From NCBI GenBank assembly GCA_035221665.1, contig CM069132.1, positions 62,930,001 to 62,994,000 of the forward strand: a stretch of DNA of 64,000 bases. The letters run 5' to 3'. The notes under the pieces were generated by a model that saw only the letters and a program-made list of their open reading frames with translations, was not told the origin of the DNA and did not search any database. Below are positions 37,382 to 49,300 of this stretch, piece by piece; within the stretch, counting starts at the first letter, position 1, and each line of letters opens with the position of its first letter. The translations under genes and the position numbers were made by a program. This DNA is from Okamejei kenojei (Eukaryota).

Positions 37382-40300
37382 CTGATGAAAATAAAATAAT
37401 AAAGAGGAAATTGGTTTCTACAACACAGTTAAAGCCTGAGTAACAGAGGAGAACCTTAATTATCTCCAGTCTCAGAGAGACAGGAAATTTGGTCTTTTAA
37501 TTAGGTGTTTGCAGTAGAGTCTGATATTTTTTGCTAGATAATTTAAAAGGAAATAACCCAAGTCTAACAAAATGAAATTCAGATAATCAGAATACAGATA
37601 ATTGAATTTTCACTGCATTCATTAAGTCAGTGTGGAGGTGTGAGCAGCTTTCTATGATGAGCTGTCACAGCTCTATAACAATGAGATGAATTAACAATGC
37701 TTTAAAAAAATATATAGGATTAAAATCCTTGCATCTCAAATTTAAACAGATCTTTAATTTTTACGCTTCCTCGACAGGGAACCTTTGGTTGGACGTTGCG
37801 TGCCTATGAACAGCATCAGTAACTGTATAGTCGGTCAGACCCGAGACGCAGGCCTCAATCTCTGTGGTGCTTAGTTGTGTCTGCAAGAAGAGATGCAATC
37901 TACTGTCGGAAAGGAGGATGTTGCTCTGCAATACTCTGCAAAACAAAAAGGATCATGTCAAGCACTTTCTTTAAAAATGTATACATTGGACAATGAATAG
38001 GCTATTATGTGATTAAATACAGAATATGATGGGGGAAGAAAAAAGCAAGAGCAGCTGATATATTTCAGTGAACTGCATGTTGTTTGTTTACTACAAAAGT
38101 AGAAGCTGTACGGTCAAAATATTGTGTTTTCTCACAGCTCAGTTAAAGCAGTAAGTTGCTGGGAGAGGGAGAGGGAGTGGGAGAGGGAGAGAGATCCTTA
38201 GTCTTGCAATTGACTCTCTCTCTTTCTAATTGAGACCACACCACAGGAAGGTCAAAACCAATCAACTTCACATTCATTGGTTTACATAAAACTTTACAGT
38301 TGTGTGTTTGACTAAACTCTGGATGCAGATGGTCTAGGAGATGGGGCAACTGTGGTTCACCAAGAAAACAAATAACCGCAAGGACCTAAAGAGATGTTGG
38401 CCACTCTTAGTCAGCAATGATGCACCACTACGGTGAATTACGTCTACTTTTCAAACAAGAAAAGTGCACAGATTATTTACCTATTTAAGCATATTGCAAT
38501 TTCCCAAATGTCTTCACAAATTTATATTACCTTAAATTTAAATCAGTACGTCTTTTCATTAAGGAGCCTGCTATGATGTGACCATAGATTGTTTTATTAA
38601 CATAAGTATTAGATGGATAACAGTTCTGGTTAAAATAAAAGTTAATGCAATCATATCAAATGCAAACAAACACATGTAACAGCAATCATTCCCCAATCAA
38701 AACTATCTTATACTAGCCTACTCTATCATCTTCAAGATTGGTCGGCACTTTCAAATGCAATGCAATATAATCCTAGGTTCTAATGAGAATTCAGCTGCAA
38801 CTACAGAAACATCATGACAAAAACTTGCTATCTTTCATACTTGCACAAAATTTCATATTAGTTATTGATTTTAGCTTAATAGTTGAATTTGATAGTCTGA
38901 AATGGCAGTTTGTCAAAGCCATGATTTGCTGTATTAATACAGCAACATTTTTCATTACAAATCATTTAAACAAGCTTACTTATAGAGTGAAGTACCTCAG
39001 TTATAGGTGCCTATTGACCAATAAATGGCTCTGTAATGAAAGCCTTTTGGGGAGAAAATAATATTTTCCAATTTATTTGTGAAAATAAATATAAACTGAT
39101 TTATTTTGGGGAATTCGTAATTATCTAGAATTAGCCCAAAAGCCAAATTTGGAAGATATAGCCAGCCTTTAGACATGTATGTGCCTTGTATCCAATTGTT
39201 GAAACCAATGATAATTTTTAAAACTACAATTATGGCACAGGTGAGTAAAATGGGATTTTAGCAGTTTGCATGCAAGATGCTGCTCGCTAGTGCAGATTTC
39301 ATAAGAGCAATTCCCCTCCAACTTACATACAACAACCCTTTCAATGCTTTGAAGCTAGATTCAAAACAAACAAAATTATTTATTCCTTAAATATTTCTAT
39401 GGTATATGTAGTTTATGATTAATAGTCAATGAACATAGAAAAAATTAGCCAGAAACATTGGGTTTGCACTGACAACAAAGCCAATCTAAACTAATACTGT
39501 TTGCCTATAAATGGTCCATATCCTCTATTCCCTGTTTGTTCATTAGTCTTTGTAAATGCCTCAAACCCTGCCATTCTATCACCTCCCCCAACACCGACCC
39601 CTCTCTGTATAACAAAAATATGCCTCGCAATTCTCCTTTTCCCCTTACACCTTAAAACTATTTCTCTGGTATTTTACATCTCTATCCTGGAAAGAAGACT
39701 CTGACTATCTACCCTATAATCAATGTTCCATTTTTCAATCTTTACAATCTTCTGATCACGATTCTATGGCTGATAGAAAGAAATACAATGTCATATGAAC
39801 TATATAATACCTTGTGTCAGCTCTGGACTTAGAAGACATTATGTATCTGAATTCTAACTTGTACCTTTTTTGTCCCTACATTCAGCTTTTGTCAAGTATC
39901 CAGGCAACACTAAAATACTCAAATACTGTAATTGTTATATGGTTATATGGTTATACAAATTTTACTTTCAATAAGCCTTATGGATTTCGCTGCTACCATT
40001 TGAAATTTCTGATGGATATATAACAAAATGGCCATCAATGAAACCTCGTCGAATAGTCCTTTAGGTTAAAATCATACAATGTATTTAGTCTCTTGGTCCG
40101 GAAGTCCAAATATTTGCAGATATGCAGCTCCATTAATTAAAAAAATAACATTAGCCTTTACATTTATTGAACTGTAGTATAAAAAGAGACCGTTTTGATA
40201 GTCCTTTTCAAGCACATGTTAGACCACACCTGGACCACTGTGTAACATTTTGTGTATTGTTTTTGTCAAGGAAAGAGTACACCATCATGATATTAGTGTT

Positions 40301-43300
40301 TTAAGCATTAGATTTTGAGATATTAAATAAACGGATCTTGTGTCATTTGGGATATAGATAGTCAAGGATGATCCTTAAATAGAAACATAGAAAATAGGTG
40401 CAGGAGGAGGTCGTTTGGCCCTTCGAGCCAGCACCGCCATTCATTATGATTATGGCTGATCGTACCGAATCAATAACTCGTGCCTGCCTTCTCCCTATAT
40501 CCCTTGATTCCACTAGCCCCTAGAGCTCTATCTAACTCTCTCTTAAATCCATCCAGTGATTTGGCCTCCACTGCCCTCTGTGGCAGAGAATTCCACAAAT
40601 TCACAACTCTCTGGGTGAAAAAGTTTTATCTCACCTCAGGCTTAAATGGCCTCCCTTTTATTCTAAGACTGTGGCCCCTGGTTCTGGACTCGCCCAACAT
40701 TGGGAACAGTTTTCCTGCATCTAGCTTGTCCAGTCCTTTTATAATTTTATATGTTTCTATAAGATCCCCCCTCATCCTTCTAAACTCCAGTGAATACAAG
40801 CCTAGTCTTTTCAATCTTTCCTTATATGACAGTCCGCCATCCCAGGGATCAATCTTGTGAACCTACGCTGCACTGCCTCAATCAAAAGGATGTTCTTCCT
40901 CAAATTAGGAGACCAAAACTGTACGCAATACTCCAGATGTGGTCTTACCAGAGCCCTATACAACTACACAAGAAATTCTCTACTCCTGTACTGAAATCCT
41001 CTTGTTATGAAGGCCAACATTCCATTAGCTTTTTTCACTGCCTGCTGTACCTGCACGCCAACTTTTAGTGAACGGTGTACAAGGACACCCAGGTCTCGCT
41101 GTACCTCCCCCTTACCTAACCTAACCCCTTTGAGATAATAATCTTCCCCCTTGTTGTTGCCACCAAAGTGGCAATAATCCTTGACTATCTATATCCCAGA
41201 TGACACAAGGTCTGTTTATTTAATATTTCATAATCTAATGCTTAAAACATTAATATCTTGATGGTAGGGAAGGACAGTGGTATTAAGAGGAATGTGCAAG
41301 ATAATTACTCAGCTGTAAGATGGCGCCACTTAGAGGCCAAACAAAATCAGTCAACAAGTTCACAATGATGTTCCTTGGTATCCAGAGTATAAAAATGGTG
41401 GAACTCATATGGTCTTTCCTCAAAAAGCTTAATGACAAAGTAGAATATACACACACACACACACACACACATATATGGATAGAACCATGGAAAATTGAAT
41501 TTAATCTTGGAAAATGCAAGGCAGTGATTGAATAAAGATAAGACATTAACAGTGAATGCTAAAGTCCTAGAGTGTATTGTGGAGTATAGAATCTTGCTGA
41601 ACAATCCACAAAGCAGAGGTAAAGTGGTGAAGCAGGCATGTGGTATGCTGGCCTTCATTAGCTCGGGGTTTGAATTAGAGCAGGAAAGTCTTGATACAAA
41701 TCAATTAAAACATTGGTAGACCACAGCTGAAGTGCTATATGTGGTTCTAACCACCATACTGTAATAGCGCTGAAGTGGTGCAGAGCAGATTCACTGGGAT
41801 AGACAATAGGTGCAGGAGTAGGTTATTCGGCCCTTTGAGCCAGCACCGCCATTCACTGTGATCATGACTGATCATCCACATTCAGTACCACGTTCCTGCC
41901 TTCTTACTGGATCCCCTGACTCCGCTATCCTTAAGAGTTCTATCTAACCTGGGATGGAATGTTTCGGTTATGAGGGGAGCATGAATAGGCTGGTTTATCG
42001 TCTTTGAGCTCTGGTGGCTGAAGGGAGACCTGACAGAGGTATACAAAATTATGAGGCCATAGATAGGGTAAACAGTAGGAAACCTTTCCCCACAGCAGGC
42101 AGACCTACCACGAGAAAATAGACATTTAGACCAAGGAGGAGGAGGTTTATGGTGAAGTTGAGAACATTTTTTTCACCCAGAGGATGGTTGCACTTGAATT
42201 GCTGAGGCTCAGAAGACTACAGACCAAGTACTGGCAAATGGGATTAGTATAGATGGACAATTGGTGGTTGGCATGAACATGGTGGGCTGAATGGCCTGTT
42301 TCTGTGCTATATGGAAGAGACATAGTTTTAAATAAATAAAAACAAACCCAGGTATACAATTTGCAAGAAAGTGCATTCCAAATATTCAGTAAAACTATAG
42401 AAGTAAATACATGTTTGAAAGAATGAGCAAGTTGCTGCAATCTGTAAATTATCAGATTTTTAGCTTGCAAATTATGAGTCAATTTACACAACGCAATGTT
42501 CATACCCCAACCACTCTGGCATTAATTCCACTCAGTCTAAGTTATATCTTGATACTCCTTTTTTTGGGAGGATGAAAATAAATATTTTTCCTTATAATAA
42601 ATAAATATTGTTCCTTATAATAAATAAATATTTATTATAAGGAACAGTTCTTTGATGTTTTCATAATATCACATGTTTAAACTATCATTTCATAAATTCT
42701 GTATGCTATGTCTTCAGCATGCATACATCCACTGCATTAGCACCAATAGATTGACTTGGAGCTGTCCTGAGCAGGGTAGAATATTTGCGAGGCCATAAAC
42801 AATAAAGACTATTTCCACCCCCTCCCCCAAATGCATTTTGGAAACTGGCATGGCAAGTCTCAATAGGTCTTGTAAAATCATTGAAATAATTGAAAGGAAG
42901 GTTCTCCAGAACACTCCACTGATGAAAAGTGATCACCACTTATTCCACAACCGAGTGGTTGTACAGAATCACACATTTTAATTCAGATTACAGCCTATCC
43001 TTTTCCTGATCTACTTGCCTTCATAAATTTACAACAATAAATATTCAGCCAAAATAAATACACAAGTCCCCCCCAAAAAAATTATTGGATGAGTCACAGA
43101 CCTTAGACCAATTTAAATCATTCAATAAATTACCATTGCAACCCTTGGGAGCAAGCTCTAAAGCAGACATTTTCAAACCAAAAGTTTAAGATCCATTTGA
43201 AATATTGATCAGCAGTTTCCAGCTCAGAGTTTCACCTTGCTGGTGCTACAGGATGCCATGCTCCAGTTAAGTCAGAGCTTGAGGTCCAGAACGCTTGCAC

Positions 43301-46300
43301 TACTTGACAAAAGTAATACCAGCAGAAGCAATGCACAGAAGGCACAGTTATTTCTTATTTTAAAACAAAAATGTACACTTCTGCAAGAAATAAGAGATGT
43401 GGTTAATTTTCCCACAATCATTGCCCTGATCCAGTGATTTAAAGCTGGAAGGTCTTTGGAATAGTTGGCTTGTACCCTAGTATTTGGGAAAAAGTTCAGG
43501 CTTCTTATCTAGAGAAATGGCAGAAATCCTGACCATGCTCCCAACTGAGCTCTGATCTGGGGACTGCTCCCCTCTGATGGACTCCCCTAGACTGGGAGAT
43601 CTGCTGAACCTGTGCCAATGCATTCATTTTAAATGACTGCTGAGCAGGGATGGGGAGAGGGAAAATATAGTTCCCTTTCTTTAGGTCAAGTTATCATTCC
43701 AAATGGCTTAAGTGTTTTAAATGAGATTTTTAAACATTAAACTCCATTGCAGTATTTTCAGTTTTCAAAACCTAATTTCTTTACATTGGTGAATGTCAGA
43801 TATCAAATCAGCTTGGCAGCGGGAAAGACTGAGGGCACAAAATGTTTTTTAGAGAACATGGCTTGTCAACTTGGATCAGATAGGCCCCGAGCTGCACAGG
43901 ACATTGCCTGTCAGCAGCAAGATGGTGTGCACCCTGATGCAGGGAAGCTAAGGAAAAAGCAAGTTTATGTTTCAGTGATGTGCAAGCTTGACTGTTCTCC
44001 GAGTACAGAACAATTGGGCAAATAAAGCCTTGATTACATAAACCATACAGCCTCCATATTGTCTAGTGCACCAATCAGATTCGAATGTCATTGTCAAATC
44101 TGCCACAAGCTGTGTACAAGCCTAGGAATAAGGGGTAGGCCATTTAGAACAGAGATGAGGAAAAACTTTTTCACCCAGAGAGTTGTGAGTCTATGGAATT
44201 CTCCGCCTCAAAAGGCAATGAAGGCCAATTCTCTGGATGCTTTCAAGAGTTAGATAAAGCTCTTAAAGATAGCGGAGTCAAGGGATATGGGGACAAGGCA
44301 GGATCAGGGGTACTGATTGTGGATGATCAGCCATGATCACATTGAATGGCTCAAAGGGCCGAATGGCCTACTCCTACACCTATCGTCTGTTGTCTAAGGT
44401 TACAATTATGCAGACAATTTTGAACAGCTTTATTGGGCTAGACTATTAAATTTTCCCAATTGAAACAAACTACAGTGCCTTCCGTAATGTTCGGGATAAA
44501 GACCCATCATTTATTTATTTGCCTCTATACTCCAGAATTTGAGATTCGTAATAGAAAAAAGCACGTGGTTAAAGTGCACATTGTCAGATTTTAATAAAGA
44601 CCATTTTTATACATTTTGGTTTCACCATGTAGAGATTACAGCGGTGTTTATACATAGTCCCCCTATTTCAGGGCACCATAATGTTTGGGACACAGCAATG
44701 TAATGTAAATGAAAGTAGTCATGTTTAGTATTTTGTTGCATATCCTTTGCAGGCAATGACTGCTTGAAATCTGCTATTCATGGACATCACCAGTTGCTGG
44801 GTGTCTTCTCTGGTGATGCTCTGCCAGGCATGTATTGCAGCAATTTTTAGTTTATGCTTGTTTTGGGGGCTAGTCCCCTTCAGTTTTCTCTTCAGCATAT
44901 AAAAAACATGCTCAATTGGGTTCAGATCGGGTGATTGACTTCGCCATTTTTTAGCTCTGAAAAATTCCTTTGTTGCTTTGGCAGTATGTTTGGGATCATT
45001 GTCTTGCTGTAGAATGAAATGCCGGCCAGTGAGTTTTGAGGCATTTGTTTGAACTTGAGCAGATCAGATGTGTCTATACACTTCAGAATTCATTATGCTA
45101 TTGTATCATCAATGAAGATAAGTGAGCCAGTACCTTCAGCAGCCATACATGCCCAGGCCAAATCACCCCCACCACCGTGTTTCACAGATGAGGTGGTATG
45201 CTTTGCATCTTAGACAGTTCCCTCTCTCCTCCATACTTAGCTCTTACCCTCACTCTGATATAAGTTAGTCTCCATCTCATCTGTCCCCAAGACCTTTTTC
45301 CAGAACTGTGGTTGCTCTATTAAGTACTGCTTGGCAAACTGAAACCTGGACATGCTATTTTTGCGGCTAACCAGTGGTTTGCATCTTGCAGTGTAACCTC
45401 CGTATTTCCGTTCTTGAGGTCTTCTGCGGACAGTGGATATTGACAAATCCACACCTGACTCCTGAAGAATGTTTCTGATCTGTCGGACAGGTGTTTGGGA
45501 ATTTATCTTTATTATAGAGAGATTTCTTCTGTCATCAGCTGTGGAGTACTTCCTTGGTCTGCCTTTGCGATTTGTAGGCTCACCAGTGCTCTCTTTATTC
45601 TTAATGATGTTCCATACAGTTGTGTTTGGTAAGCCTAAGGTTTGGCTGATGTCTCTAACAGTTTCATTCTTGTTTCTCAGTCTCATAATGGCTTCTTTGA
45701 ATTTCATTGGCACAACTTTGATCATCGTGTTGATAAACAGCAATAAAAGTTACCAAAGATGATGGAAAGACTGGAGGAAAGACTAGGTGCTGAGAGCTCT
45801 GATACCTGCATTAAGGAGGCAATTAAACATACCTGAGAAATTATAAACAGCTGTGAAGTCATGTGTCCCAAACATTATGGTGCCCTGAAATGAGAGGACT
45901 ACATATAAACACAGCTATAATTTATACATGGTGAAACCTAAATGTATAAAAATGGCCTTTAATAAAATCTGACAATGTGCACTTTAACCACATGTGATTT
46001 TTTCTATTACAAATCTCAAATTGTGGAGTACAGAGGCAAATAAATAAATGGTGGGTCTTTGCCCAAACATCATGGAGTGCACTGTACAAGGCCAGTGACC
46101 ACCTTTAAGGTTACCTCAGAGAAGACTCTAGGTTGGGAACAGCCATGCAGTCAACAAAGAGAGGAGGAGGCCATACAGCTTCTATCACATCCAACAGGAA
46201 GCTCTGAGAGAGCCATGGGGTCTGCACAGTCTGTCAACACATTTAAGCAGCCAAGCAACCACTCACTGTGCCAGCTAAGGTGGCTCTTAGTCTCTGCATC

Positions 46301-49300
46301 ACAGTGCTGATCAGTTGAACTGTTCATCCCAGCCTATCCAACACCAGTCCTTCCATGCAGCCTCTGCACTCTGCTGTTCAATCCATGCTGAGCAAGCAGC
46401 ACCAAAATTCCCATTTCATTGCTATAAAGGCTCATACCAGATCCTCAGCACAGTGTTGCACAGCCTGAGTGGCTGGCCATTTTATGGAAGTGGCAAGGGG
46501 CAGTGCACAGGTATGAGCATTAGCACTTCAGGGCAAAGAGTGCAATGACGAACCAGTGCTCTTGCAGGGTAAATCTTGCAGGGTGATGTGCCTTTGAAGA
46601 ATAAACACCACCCAAATCAAATAGCTGTTAAAACTAATTTGTAAACCAATAATAAACCAGCATCTGAGCTAGATGCTGTGCAATTAAATAATTCTACAAA
46701 TAACTCCGTACTTTAAAATAAATCCATAATTTTGCTCTAGGTATTAAGTGATTTGAATAAAGTGCCTTTATTAAAACACAGGGAATTTCAGAGCAACTGA
46801 ACATATTAAATGTTGAGCATCAATCGTGCATGACTCCATGCGTATTTGCAGGGATTTTGGGGCCTCAGAGATCCTTCAGAGGTATTACAAGAATGCACCA
46901 GAAACAATTGGTTTAAATAGTGACAAGTTTAAGGTAAAATGGTTACAAATTCTTGATGATGAGGAGCAGCAGTGAGCAATTTCCATGTTTCATTCGAATC
47001 CAAAGCACCAGAAAATAAAACAGATTTCATCAGTACACCCCACCTATTTGGATCTGGCAATGAGGGCAGGACAGTGGTGCAGTGGTAGAGCTGCTGCCTT
47101 ACACTGCAGAGACCTGGGTTCGATCCTGACTACAGGTGCTGTCTGTACGGAGTTTGTACATTCTCCCAGTCACCCCGTCGATTTTCTCCAGGTGTTCCGG
47201 TTTCCTCCTACACGCCAAAGACGTATACGTTTGTGAGTCAATTGGCTTCTGTAAAATGTAAATTGTCTCTAGTGTTTACAACAGTGCTAGAGTACTTTGT
47301 GGTCATTATAGCGATTGTGGTTGGCACGGACTCACGGGCCAAAGGGCCCATTTCCACGCTGTATCTCTAAAGTCTGAAAGCTAAAATTTGTGAATTTTAA
47401 AGACCTGTAAAACCGTACAGGCCTTTAGAGTAGCAACAGGCCACTATTTGGATAAAGGATACACGAATGCATCTTTCTATGAAATAAGACCAATAACTGT
47501 ACGTACAAAAATGCTGGAGAAACTCAGCGGGTGAGGCAGCATCTATGGAGCGAAGGAATAGGTGACGTTTTGGATCTCAACCCGAAACGTCACCTGTTCC
47601 TTCGCTCCATAGATGCTGCCTCACCCGCTGAGTTTCTCCAGCGTTTTTGTCCAACTTTGATTTTTTCCAGCATCTGCAGTTCTTTCTTAAACAGAATAAT
47701 TTACACATATGTAACTGCTTGCCTACATTTCATTTTTGAGCAGTTTACTTCTGTTGCTGAATCTGCCTCAGGACTAAATATTAGGAAACTGGGTGAATAT
47801 ACAAAGAAAAGCCCATCTTAATTGCAGGAATCACTTTAATAGGCCAGAGCAATAACCACTTATTCACTGCAGTACCAACCTGTAGCCACATGATGGGAGT
47901 GGAGATTCAATAAAAGACAGATTAAGACATCCAGGAAACAGGAATATAGCAAAGCTGAGCCCGCAATAATTTATTGGCGATCAAGGGCTTAAGGCATTAT
48001 TTTTAAACTAAAAAAGTGCATATGGAATGCCCAATGCAAAAAATTACCTCAAATTATTAACCACAATCTAGGAGCATATATTCCTTAAAAATACAGACCC
48101 TCAATTCAAATGGTATATTAAAACCAGGTGCTAGAAACAAATCTGCAAACATTCCAGTAATTATTTTCATTTCCACCATGTGTGCTTTTTTAAGTTGCAT
48201 CATTTGGTTGAATGCCAAAAGGAGACTGACTTTCCCAGACTGGTTCTGAGGCCTGAGTAGCTTCATTCAAGTTCTTATATGGGGCAATCCCACATCTAGC
48301 ACTGTGCTATTTCAGATCAGAATGACATGTAAAATGATAAATTTAAGCTCCCAAGGCACATAAACCAGACAACAATAAATATTCTGAGCAGTGGAAGATC
48401 AGTGCTTGGAGGGAAAAAGAGAAATAGTGAACTGAACAGGTACCCAGAAAATATATATTACTATTACTTACCAAGTAAGTTCCCCCCTCTTGAACGATGG
48501 GACAAAAGAGTTATCTTAACCGAGATAAAACCTGGCCTCCACAACAGTTTCAAAGTATCGCTTAGTTTAATTTAGTTTAGTTTAGAGACACAATGCGGAA
48601 ACAAGCCCTTTCGGCGCCCGGGTCTGCGCCAACCAGCGATCCCCGCACATTAACACTATCCTATACCCACTGGTTACATTTTTTTTACATTTACCAAGCC
48701 AATTAACCTACAAACCTGTAAGTCTTAGGTGTGTGGGAGGAAACCGAAGATCTCGGAGAAAACCCATGCAGGTAATTGGGAGAACGTACAAACCCCATAC
48801 AGACAGCACACATAGTCGGGATCGAACCTGGGACTCTGGCGCTGTGAGGCAGGAGCTCTACCGCACAAGGATCACAAGTATTGCCACAATGGCAATATAA
48901 GTTTACATACTTTTCTAGGAATTCCTGAAGTCCTTGACGACGCTGCTCTAAGACCTTGGCGTTACTGGTGCTGAGGAAGGTGATTTTAGAAGGAATCTCT
49001 GGTAAACTTCTATAAAGAAAAGAATAGTAGGGTTTTCAAGGTCCGATCAAATGGTTTTTAACATTCAAAAACATTACAAAATCTGATCATCGGGTAGGGG
49101 GGAAGGGAGGTTTTATGAGGATCTCAAAAATACAGAACAAACTTTATTGTGAAAGGCCGAATAATAGGAAATATTTGTGATAGCCAGTTACATGCAACCA
49201 ATACATTACACAATCAAGACAAAACTGAAGATTAAAAAATATATGCATTGCTTAGTCTTAAATTATATTATGTGACAATAAAAACTATTGCAACTGTGGT

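Noticed and set aside
47064-47140. tRNA gene
   Set aside because: A/B boxes continue straight into a V-domain and LINE-like tail, so it is a SINE head.
47505-47650. pre-miRNA
   Set aside because: Hairpin belongs to a multi-copy Penelope-derived repeat seen several times in this window; no known miRNA seed recognised.
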